Assembly (NCBI GenBank): GCA_976226885.1
Contig: OZ320317.1
Span: 70,866,001-70,930,000 of the forward strand
DNA: 64,000 nucleotides
Direction: 5' to 3'
Source of the DNA: Iphione sp. A-MEVVRFRX5
Lineage: Eukaryota
Under the pieces are notes generated by a model. It was not told the origin of the DNA, searched no databases, and saw only the letters and a program-made list of their open reading frames with translations. Numbering within the stretch: position 1 is the first letter of the stretch; every line of letters starts with the position of its first letter. Positions 40,686 to 51,499 of the stretch are shown piece by piece. A program made the translations under genes and the position numbers.

Positions 40686-43350
40686 GTGAACACGAAGCAA
40701 ATCTCTTGAAGCAACCATGGCAGTGAGATATCTTACGAACGTTTTAGCTAGTCCGTGGAACTGATATTGAAATTAAGGTTCCTACAACCCCCCATCTTTG
40801 TAACTGTATGAAAGTGGCCTCTATAATGATACGTCTCAGGAAGTCTCATGGGCCAACACTCATCTAGAGTCTTGTCTATGGCACTGTTTCAAAACAGTTG
40901 CTTTTACAACGATGCATCGTTAACATATGCATGTGAATCTGGCCTTGTCAGTGGAATCTAAAACAGTTCTTCACTATGGTCGATCTCACTCAGCGCCAGA
41001 CAGTGGAACGAATATCAAAGCAGATGTTGATCTCAGCATTCTGCTATCTTTCGTTTGTGGGTCGTCACATGTACGATTACACTGTATACCATGAAAAGAT
41101 TGAAAAGATGTCAGAAGGTTGAAATACCACACTCCTCCGCTCAGTGCTAATAAATGCGTTCTTACTGCTATGTTGCTTCTAGAGTGACATGTTATTTCAG
41201 CTCTACTGGAAAGTAAACGGGGGCGCTTCTTGAAGAGGCGCAGAGAAAAGAAATGAGACACTCTTGAATCTGGCAACGTTCGACTTGCATTAGAAAATAC
41301 ATGTAACCTTAATGCGATGATGGAATAACCCACTCTCGAATTCACACGTTTGACATTGCATCTTTACCACTTTGCTATTTTCATAAGGTGAACTTACATA
41401 TTGCAGTAATTTTGCTGTAATTATTGAATAATTGATATTTGCTGACCTGTCTTCGTAAACTATTCAAGAAAGTATATTTATCCGAATTAGATGTTAATCA
41501 AATCAATCCGTTTTTAGGGGTATCATAATAAATCCAAATTTGGAGTATTATCTGAAACTTTCGACTTTCCTTCCCTCAGGAGCCCTCTTCTGCCAAGTGA
41601 TTCCTCTACACACGTGCGCCCAATAATTACAATAATTCGACAGTCCTATAAAATATTTTTTCTTTTATTTTGCATAATCTATCACTATGTTAAAGTTACA
41701 TGACATACGACAAAACGTAACTATCAGCCAAGGGGCACTAAGGAAAAAAACGACGCCGTTGTGCGTCCGTAGGTACACGTGGTACATAGCACATTTTTCA
41801 TAGCAACAAGCGAGGAGTGGGCGCGAAGGAGTGCTCTCTTATCATATCATACCAAAACGAAAAGCAACGCGAGGGTGATAGATAAAAAAAAGAAACAAAA
41901 GGGTATACAACGGTCAAGTGCAATCTGTTGACCTGCGAAAAGGAAAAAAAATCAAGGTGTGACTAGTGTCAGCACATGAAAAAGCTTCTGTATCACCATC
42001 GATTCGCCGAGTCATTCTCCCTGCCATACGAGTTGGATGGGATCATAGAAGGACGTCAGAAACTTCTTTGTAAAATCTCTCTGTAAAAAGAAATCAAGTG
42101 GAGGGGGGGGGGGTTAATTAAAAAGAAAAATGTAATCCCACTAACGTAGAGGCGGTCACAGATACGAAGTCAACAAAATTTGACACGATGGTAAGTACGT
42201 TTTAACGATGAAAACAAAAAGCAAACTGCAAGCACTTTTTTCTTTTTGAAAAAGTGCGAATTGCGCTAATAAAAAATCCGGCACATTGCTCCAATTTGGG
42301 CACGACAAAGTTTTCACCACTGCCATTCCATCTCAGATATCTTAAAATTTTCTTGAAGTGACTTATCCGGGTCAGACATGTTTGAAACTTCTCCTTTCAG
42401 CACTGGAGATGGTTAAAACTGGCCGCCTCTGTTATAAAATGAGCATTCTGAATGAGTATAGCATTCACAACCGCTTTTTTCATGGAGATACCACGAAAAA
42501 GACATCCAAACAAAAACTCAGTTAACATAAAACAAAATAGCAGTCAATTATTTGTCAAACAAGTACAAAAAAACTAATGAGTTCTGGGAATAACCCAAAT
42601 ACGATGTAATAACGAAGAAGGAACAGAACAGAGCAAGGCCTAAATGAACTTTTTTTTTTGCCAATAATATACGTGCGCATATATGGTAGGGATACCTGAG
42701 CACATCTACTAGCAACACCTGAAAGTAGTTTGTAATTATGGTACTTTGTATTTTCGTGTCAATTTTGCTTAGTCAAAGTATCATCCACACTAAGTTACGT
42801 TGTACGTAACAAATGAAACGGAAGTTGGTTTCTTTAGGGGGGCATTCTAACAACAAATGCTGCTGCCTTTTCAACGTGGTTCGAAAATGACAATGAACAG
42901 TACATGCACCAGTTTAACCTGCGGGCAGGATCTGTCGAACTTGTAACTACACAACAATCATAGTCTGCATATACATCAATACAAACACATTCCCCTAAGA
43001 CCATTCCAAGCGACGACTCCATGAAGATTTTCCCTCTAACATGTGGCTCCAGCGCTAACAGAGGACAATCTAGCACGATAAAAGCACTCACAAGTTTGTG
43101 TGTGTAAATATATACATGTATTCGTAATGTCTTGTCCATGATTAAAAACAAAAAGGAAAGAGCGGACTAAAGTATGTGTCTTTGCTTTATAATACAAGGG
43201 TTATTTTTAAGACTTGTCTCTGTAAAGGACTATATGACACTGATGTGCTGCCACTCGGTCGGCTGGTATGCTGCCTAGTGGACAAACCAGCATGGTTTGG
43301 GTTGGGTCTGTCCGGAGAGAGACTGCTGGCAGCAGGACTATGTATCCACC

Positions 43351-46300
43351 TCACTTTTTCCTACCACGTGGCTTTGGTGCTGGTGCGGAGCGCTGTTTCT
43401 TGGCAGCAGGTGTCTCCACCATGGGCCGTTGTGGGATCTTGTCACTCATGTCTGTCCCTGAATCAGAGTTATAATGGCTGTCACCCTGCTTCTTTGCTGC
43501 CGGTGTTCGTACCCGGCCTGAGGGTATTGGTTGGGACTTCCTATGGGGACTTCGTGCTGGTGAGGTCTCTGATGATGGCCGTGCACGGTCACCCCCACGG
43601 GAGCGGGAAGGTGTTGGTTTGTATCCATCTACAACTTTGGGACCTTCATCCATGTCGGAGGCATCAGAGGAGCTGTCACGATAGTTTGGCTTTTTGTAAG
43701 TTTTGCTCTGAGAGCGTCTGTTGGTTGCCTGTGTGGATTTTGCTGAAGGTTTCGATTTGTTGCTGTGAAGTGGAACCCGCCTGGGTGCTCGCATGTCACT
43801 GCTTGAGTCCTCATCAGAGCTGTCTGTGGGCTTACTGGAGCGTGGGGTCCTTTTTGCAGGTGGCTTCCTGGGTTGTGCTGCTGGTGCAGGTGCTGCTGCT
43901 GCTGTTGAACGTCCCTTCGGCTTCTTCCCTCCTGAGGCAGCTTTGGCCCTGCTCTGTGCAGGAGCCTTCCTCTTGTTGCTTCTCTTTGGTGGTGCTGCCT
44001 CTACACTTGAGGCTTCACTGGAACTCTCACTTGATTCTTCTTCCTCTTCTGATGAGGATTCATCTGAACTATCTGAATCTGCATGGCGACCCCGCTTTCG
44101 GGCGGCACGTATGGCCTGACGATGTGCCTTTCGTTTGGGCTTTCGCTTGATCTCCTCAGTCACCTCTACTGGAGGCTTCGCATGCACTGCCTTGATACGG
44201 GCCATACCACGGCGCCGTGAAGGACGGGGCTTGTATTTGTCTCCATAGCCACTGAAGTCATATGATTCAACAGCCTCTGAATCGGATGATTCCGATTCAG
44301 AGACCTCATAGTCACTGGGGGTGTCCTGACCTGCGAGGATGAGGGGTGAGGGGCAAAACTGCTTTACCAACTGGAAGGTTCCCGAGGCCCCTATACCGGA
44401 GAGCTGCCTGTAGACAGTGGAAAGAGGTACAACGGGTCACTGGTTGTAATGAAGATAAGACCATGACTGATTTACATGTACCAGTATTCAGTGCACAACA
44501 TTAGTCTCATACGGTATGCTGAAATATCCTTAGATGCCTAGCATCTTTCCATATCTCGTTTCAATACACACTTAAAAAGCTCTACTGACGTCCTAGTCAA
44601 AGCCAAGATTAAAGACACTACAAAGCGACAAAAAGTAGTAATATTACAAACTACAAGTGCATGCTTCTTAATATGTCAGTTATTTTCTGGTCGATACAGA
44701 AAACATGGTGCTGAAGGTACAATTTTGAAAATGATTACCTATTTGGCTGATAACCCTATGAACTGCCCTAACATAGCTTTCCTCTGTCCACAGGATTTAT
44801 AGAGAGGATAACAAATTGTCTTATAAAAGGCTTCTCTAGCTTTGTTCCATCGCAACAAAACCGCTTTGCTGAAAGAATCTCATCTTAATCGATACAAGTA
44901 CTTATCTTTTACAATAGTACCATTATTAGTTCGCAAAATATGGTTATGGTCAGTATTCCATGGAAAACATTTTTTTACTTTGCCTGGAGAAGGCCTAACG
45001 GCCGAAAGCTTGCAGATTACACCCTTAAGAATATCAAAGCCACCTTTTCTTCAAGTAGTTGTGATGTTTTCCTTTCACTTTCTTTTTTATAAATCGAAAT
45101 AGGTCAGAGGTGCGTCAGCAAAGAAATCTTGTATCTTACTTGATTTCCTGGTTCACCACTGCCCGCTCGAGAGCCTTCTTGAAGAGTTGAGGCCTTTCTT
45201 CCACCTTGAACCTGTCTGAGTACCACTCAACCACGTACTTCTTGAGCAGATTGGCCGAGCACATCTTGGGCTCAGTACATGCCATGATGGCGTTGATAAC
45301 CATGCCAGTCATGTCCTCATCTGGAAGGAAACAAGAATTGTGCTGAAAAAGTACTGGTTCAAAGATGTTTTTCCTCTCTAACTAGGTCTCCTGGCTTACA
45401 AAATACACAAGATGAACGGTATTCTCTATACCATGGGTTAACAAGGGAAATTATTACAAGCGTGTATAAATCAGAAAAAGCCAGTGTTAAGAACTTAGTA
45501 ACAAAGACATTTCTATGTTATGGTGTCGACTTATGGAACACGTTGGCTGACGGTGCCAAGAAACTACCAAGTGAGCAGAGTGTAAAGAAAGCATTGAATG
45601 ATTGGAAAGTATAATCATGTAAAACTTTATTGCTGAAGAACCCATCACAGGTTAAAGCAGATCCAAAAGTGGCCATCTGGTGGCAAGGATGGAAACACAC
45701 AATACATTGAGAAAGGGCCATTATGTGGCAACAGTAAATGCAAACATGTACTAAAAAGAAAAAAAATGTACACTAGACTAACAGGAAAAGTCTGACTATA
45801 GGAACTAAACTAAGATAGCGCTCATAGGATGTACGGTAAACTACAGCATTTAAAGTATCAGATCTTGTTTGGAATGCATGGTGAGCCCCCCCCCCCCAAA
45901 AAAAAAGGTGTGTTTCTGGTAATCCACCCCTACCTAGTGAAACCTCACCCTACCTAAAAATTGTTTGGCCCCAAAGAGTTTCCAAGGCTGAATTTCCTTA
46001 GATATGTATTTTCATGGTGCATGTCTTTGGTAAATTCAGTAGAAAAACAACAAAATCCATGGAAATTCACAAAAAACTGTAAAACTTATACAGATTGGTC
46101 AAAATTCTTGATATTGCCTTTATTATTATTGAAAACCAGAGGAAGAAACTGGAAAAAAAATCTAAAAAAAAGACAGAAAAGTCTCTACCAATGCGACCTT
46201 CAGATGTCATGAGGAACAAAAATTTCACTTCATTTGAAAGGTTAATGAAATTTTAACCACTTTTGCAGGCAGAGGCATAGAGAGTGGCCTGGTCACTTTG

Positions 46301-49300
46301 GTAGGCTGAGCAGATAGTCAAGAGGTGGACTTTGTTTTCCACTCTACCGTTGTTGCACATGACATTATGTTTGGGTACACTGCTTTATTGTAATGTCACA
46401 TTTTGAAAAGCTTGATCTTTTGTATAAAGAGAACTGACAATATATCATATCATAGATCACTTCCCGAATTTATGCGATGTATTCCATTCACAGAGTTTAA
46501 TGAACACAATTTCCAATAAAACAGTGAAATAATAAACGGTTGCTTCAGTTTCTATAAAACAGGAACACACATAGAGACTTGGTTTAAAAACAAAGAAAAC
46601 ATGTAAAAGCTAATAACTTTGTGACAATGCGTGAGCGCGTTATTGTACTTACCATCGGTTGGGTCAAAAGAGTCAACTTCCAGGCGAAAGCGCCCAGAGT
46701 TGGCAGAGCTACCAGAAACCTGCTCCCAATATCCTTTTTCTTTGCCTGCTTCGAGACAACGTCCTAGTCTGCATACAAAGAAAACATCTGTATATTAAAG
46801 GACCCAGTCCTCATGAACGAAATATGCAACAAAATAATACTAACAATCGGCTGCAATAGTCCCCGGCCCCTTCCAAAGATATACTAAGTCTGATATGCAA
46901 TGGATTTATCAAAATTATTACAGTTTGAGGCTTCAGAGGTGGCTACCAAAATTTAATTATACAACAAACAGTAAGGAAATATCACCACATCTTCAATTTT
47001 AGCAACAAGCGAGGTGTTTCTTATATGATAATACTTAAACACCATAAAATATAATTTTCATATACAATCTGGACCAGTTGTTTTCTGCTGCAATACATGT
47101 GCACACATTGATTTCTCTAGAGAAACACTACGCAGCCACTGAGAATGGGAAAAAAATTATACCTTTCGACATTGGTGTCTGGGTAGTTCTCTGCGACATA
47201 TTTCTTAATCCGAATAACTGATGCCTCTTTGGGTTCAGACATGAACGTCATGGCCAAGTAAAATGTGTCCTCAAGGCGGCTTGGGTTGCCATGGTGGATG
47301 AAGCGGTTCTGCGGCCGACTTGACCCTGTAGGATTGCAAAGGCAAGAACTCTCAAGTACAAGATGAGACAGCAAGTAAAGGTTAATATAGACACAGGACC
47401 TGAGCATATACATATATGTACTGGATGTGAACAAACACAAATCCAAAATAAAACCAAACGTGAACGGTGTATGTGTATATGGATCAAGAATCAAATCGTA
47501 CACGGATATACATGTACATGTATACGGCCCAAAATAAGAGTAAACATGAGTGCATTTAGATCCAAGGCAAGGACAGGTACAACAGCTAAAACAGGTTAAT
47601 TTAGATGAAGGATAGGAGCAAATGTAATTACAGTTATATGATGGTACATTTCAGTTATGACAACAATTACATATATCATATGTCACCACAGTAATAGTAG
47701 TTTTGAGGCAAATAATACATGGAAGAAGAAAAACAAAGCTTACTTTTCTTTGCCTTCTTTGCAGGAGTTGCTTTTTGGTCTGTTCCATTTTTGTCTTCAT
47801 CCTTCTTTTCTTCCTTCTCCTTACCCTCTTCTGCGCTCTCCTCTGCCGACTAAATTGAAGAAGGGTTTAATACTAAACTAGGGGAGGATGCAGCTGTAAG
47901 TTGCAATATGGAGATCAGGCACCCTGCAGCTATCCTATCCTCTACCTCACTGCCAATAGCCGTGCTAACCCCTCCGTGACCACCTACAGCTATGCTATCC
48001 CCTCCCTGACTGCCTACGGGCGTGCTAACACCTCCCTGGCGACCTATGACCATGCTAACCCCTCCCTGGCCATTTATGGCCTTGCTTAACCCTCCCTGGC
48101 CACTTATGGGCTTGTTAATCCTCCATGGCTGTCTGTAGCCGCCCTAACCCTTGCTGACTACCTACAGCCATCCTACCCCCTCCCTCGCTGCCTACAGCCA
48201 TCCTATCAACTACCTAACTGCCGAAAACTGTCCTCCTCTCTCCCTAGCTGCATACAGCCAGCTGACCACAACCTGCAGACCCACCAGGAACATGCAGTAG
48301 GTCCAGCTGCCACACCCCACAAGTCCCACCAGCCAATAGCAGCCGATCCGATGTAATCCCCATTTTCACCAGCTGGGCAATGAAAGACTGGTTCGTGACA
48401 GGTACACTTGTCAGGGCCCTTTCACAGGTGTAACAAACGTCTGTATACATGTATTGAGTCGACCCTCTCTAATCGACAAAGCAACCAACAAAATGCATTT
48501 ATCCACAATGTTGGAAGGGAACTAGCTGTCCGATATTAACTGTGGCTTGTTTCATCAACCAATAAAATTTATGCAAATGACAATATTACAAGCGATGGCA
48601 GCTTGTTGGATACAAGCGGTTAACCGTATACTTTTATCTGACAAGCATACAACCTTAATTTAATGTGTCTGGATGGACAAATGCACACATGTACCCACTT
48701 TTTCTTCGTCTTTATCCTCCTTTTCGTTGTCGTCCTTATTATCCTTACTTTTCTCATTGGTATGTACAGGTTTCACATCTTCGTCTCCAACAAAGCGGCG
48801 ATAGAAACCGCACTTTCCGATACCACGCTCCTTAAATGCAAATTTGTATTGAAAACATTTCTTCCAGTTTGCCTAAACTACGAAAATAAATCAAACCGGA
48901 ACACAAGTTTATCCCTTGGGAAATCCTCTGAATTTCACTTGTTGAGGGCCCAACTCATAAACCTTTAACGAAATTTAAACTTGATAATGGTCTCAATATA
49001 AGTAGTGTTAAAAAGATACAATCCTTTTAAAACAACTGTTTATCAGATATGGGTGCGGAACATCATTTGATGTACCCGCTGAGGTTATATATCTCAGCAA
49101 CAGATTAAAGAGATGTTATTATGGCACGTACGCAGACGAGGTAGCCAAAACGTATGCCTCTCTGTAATGCAGCCAGCAACACCTTGGGCCGCAGTTCGAT
49201 TCGAAGTGCGGGGTACTTTCCAGCGATGTAAGTAAGTAGTTTATTGAACCGAATACCTCCAGCCTTGTCACTCGTCAAGGGTAATCAATTCATGAGTGCG

Positions 49301-50575
49301 ATTTTCATGTTTTTTTCTGTAGATTGAAATCATCACTGAAACAAGCACAACAGGAAAAGGAAAATCTTGACTACAAGCAAAGGATACAGGGTTGCCCATA
49401 TCATTTAGTGAATTTTCAATGATATCACGGATTTTAAGGGTAAGTGTGTCCGCTTTGACTTTGGGCTCCTTCTTCTTGACCTTCTTTTCTTTTACACGGT
49501 GCGCCAGAGGGGAACCTTCTTTAAAAGTGTAGCCAGTGGGAAACTTCTGTCGAATTATCTGTGAGAAGAACAACATTAAGTTATTGACTTCATGAAAGAT
49601 TACGATATGTGGACTATCTGGCCTTTAAAAAAAATCTTATCGATAAATGCAATGTACATAGGTAGTATCTACAGGGTGTCAGATATGAGGGGAAACTGAA
49701 CCTTGAACAAGCTGAAACTTTCATTAGTCTTTCAACGCAAACATAGATGCTAGTATTATCCCCAGCAGGACTACCTATCTTGATACAAGCCAGGACTGAC
49801 TACCGTATTCCTAGGCCATCAACAGCTTAATTTACCTTGTTGAAAAAGACTTGTTCCACTGCCGTGGAAGCTTCCGCAACACATTTTTCCAAGTACAAGG
49901 TATACACTTCGCCCAAGGGCAACTTCACTTCAGATTTTTCTTCAAAGTGTTCTGCGATCCTTTTGTGGAGCGGGAGAAGGAGAAAAACTTGTATCAATAA
50001 CAATTTAATTTCCACCGAAATAAAATATTTACAAGCAATTGGAAGATCTAGCACAGCAAAGTATAACAGTAAAATATTGACTGAAATTATCAATCTTATC
50101 TCAGATTATTGTCTCAGATTACATAGCCGTTACACCGAGTATTGGCCACGTGTATGTACGAAAATGAACTCGTTTACACACTCGTTTTCGTTCCCTCTGT
50201 AACTGGCAGTCAGACAACCTCTACACTTTAAACTTTATAAATTGTCTGAGCTTCACTGAACATTACCCATGTTGGACTGGGCTTTGAGCATGGATTCAAA
50301 TAATCGGCAAACTTAGACAAAGCTTTGAGAAAATGAAATATTTACCAATCTTGGACTGAGCTTTCCGGGGTATAGACTAGTCGTTTTCGCTTTCCTTCAA
50401 CTGTGGTGACATCAAAGATGTTGAAATGTTTCTTTTTGACGGGTAGTTCTGGTTCATCTTCAGGTTCAGGGGTGGGCTCTATGGATTCCCTTTTATCCTC
50501 TACTTTCTCATTATTTTCCATATTGTCAGTTCGTGCTGCCTTCGATTTCTTCGGTGGCATCATTTTGATAGACAT
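43351..50575 (-). CDS. HP1BP3: HP1BP3-like linker-histone protein: N-terminal RFX-like winged helix, three H15 globular domains, long basic low-complexity tail
   Basis: Exons (minus): 50575-50346, 49959-49836, 49558-49388, 49263-49132, 48830-48699, 47849-47744, 47325-47163, 46768-46653, 45320-45140, 44407-43351, all in phase. HP1BP3-type signatures: KYPALRIELRPKVLLAALQRG; LEDTFYLAMTFMSEPKEASVIRIKKYV; AIMACTEPKMCSANLLKKYV...RPQLFKKALERAV...QLSGIGASGTFQLVKQFCPSP. Confidence 0.88.
47915..48260. repeat. 30-bp minisatellite, about 11-12 degenerate copies (CACCTACAGCCATGCTAACCCCTCCCTGGC-like)
   Basis: Read directly; it explains the spurious 10-aa-repeat ORFs 47901..48089 and 47850..48053. Confidence 0.9.
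49264..49387 (-). other. U12-type (minor spliceosome) GT-AG intron in the HP1BP3-like gene
   Basis: 5' splice site GTATCCTTT; branch site CCTTGAC at 49280-49274 with the A about 11 nt from the 3' AG; no polypyrimidine tract. Confidence 0.85.
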
Positions 50576-51037
50576 TCAAACTCCTTTGAAGTGAACCTGA
50601 TAAGGAAACGAAGAGGGACAAGTTAACCCGTGTGCATGCATTTAAGAGCTTAGCGAGCGTAACTAAGTGAGACTGACAGAGAGTTAGTACGATATGCCCC
50701 CCTTTATAATTTTCAATGCTATTAAGTAGATCTTTGCTTCTATAAGCATACCTCTCTAAACGAATCCCCTTGAAACGAAACTATTTTTATAAGTTGGCAA
50801 TTTTTGTAGACTTTGTGGCCGGGTGCGACATTTTAAAGCCCATTTTGTAAAGAATAACCGAAAATGTAAGGGACAAAATGCATACATTTAGTTCCTCAAC
50901 TGTTAATTGTTTATTAGGAAAAAATAAATACAAATTTATGCCAATGTACCTCTGATAACTACGTTTCCTACAATGAAGTGATATGGCAGACAGAAGAAGT
51001 CAAAGTACAAACAATTTAACTGTTTTCAGCCTGAGAA

Positions 51038-51195
51038 CTGACCACCACGATGCCTCATGTTGACCACCATGATGGCTCATACTGTCCACCATGATGGCTC
51101 AAGTTAAGCGTCATGATGACTCACACTGACCACCATGATGGCCCATGCTGACTGTCATGATGGCTCATAGTGACTATCTGTTTGGCTCATGTTCA
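51038..51195. repeat. 22-bp tandem repeat, about 7 copies (TGACCACCATGATGGCTCATAC)
   Basis: Read directly. Confidence 0.9.
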
Positions 51196-51499
51196 TTGGA
51201 TCATATATCCATGGACCATACTGACCATGCCACTGAGATGATGATGTTTGCGTGCATATGTACTGTCTGTAGGGGCAGGCATCCTATCTATGCTGTGCAT
51301 TACTCTAAGGGCTAGGTCGGTCATCTCAAAAACTTATCACAGAAGTTGAGGCAAATATGAATCTGGTATGCCCATGTTACTTTTACTTGGATAGTTAAAC
51401 GAATTTATGTAGTTTGCCTATGAATCATCTTGTGATATAGGTGACAGCATATCAAGGGATGAGCTGTGCGCCATCTAGTTATCATTTAGTAAGTTTAGT

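Noticed and set aside
40986-41345. 119-aa minus-strand ORF downstream of DECR1
   Set aside because: No domain resemblance; overlaps the likely DECR1 3'UTR.
43176-44150. 324-aa plus-strand ORF
   Set aside because: Antisense shadow of the low-complexity terminal exon of the HP1BP3-like gene; no recognisable domain.
49190-49215. GTTCGATTC T-loop-like motif suggesting a tRNA or SINE
   Set aside because: Lies on the antisense strand of a coding exon; no cloverleaf or A-box.
51038-51195. Short tandem repeats considered as a CRISPR-like array (also 1062-1232 and 47915-48260)
   Set aside because: Head-to-tail units with no unique spacers, in a eukaryotic context with no cas genes.
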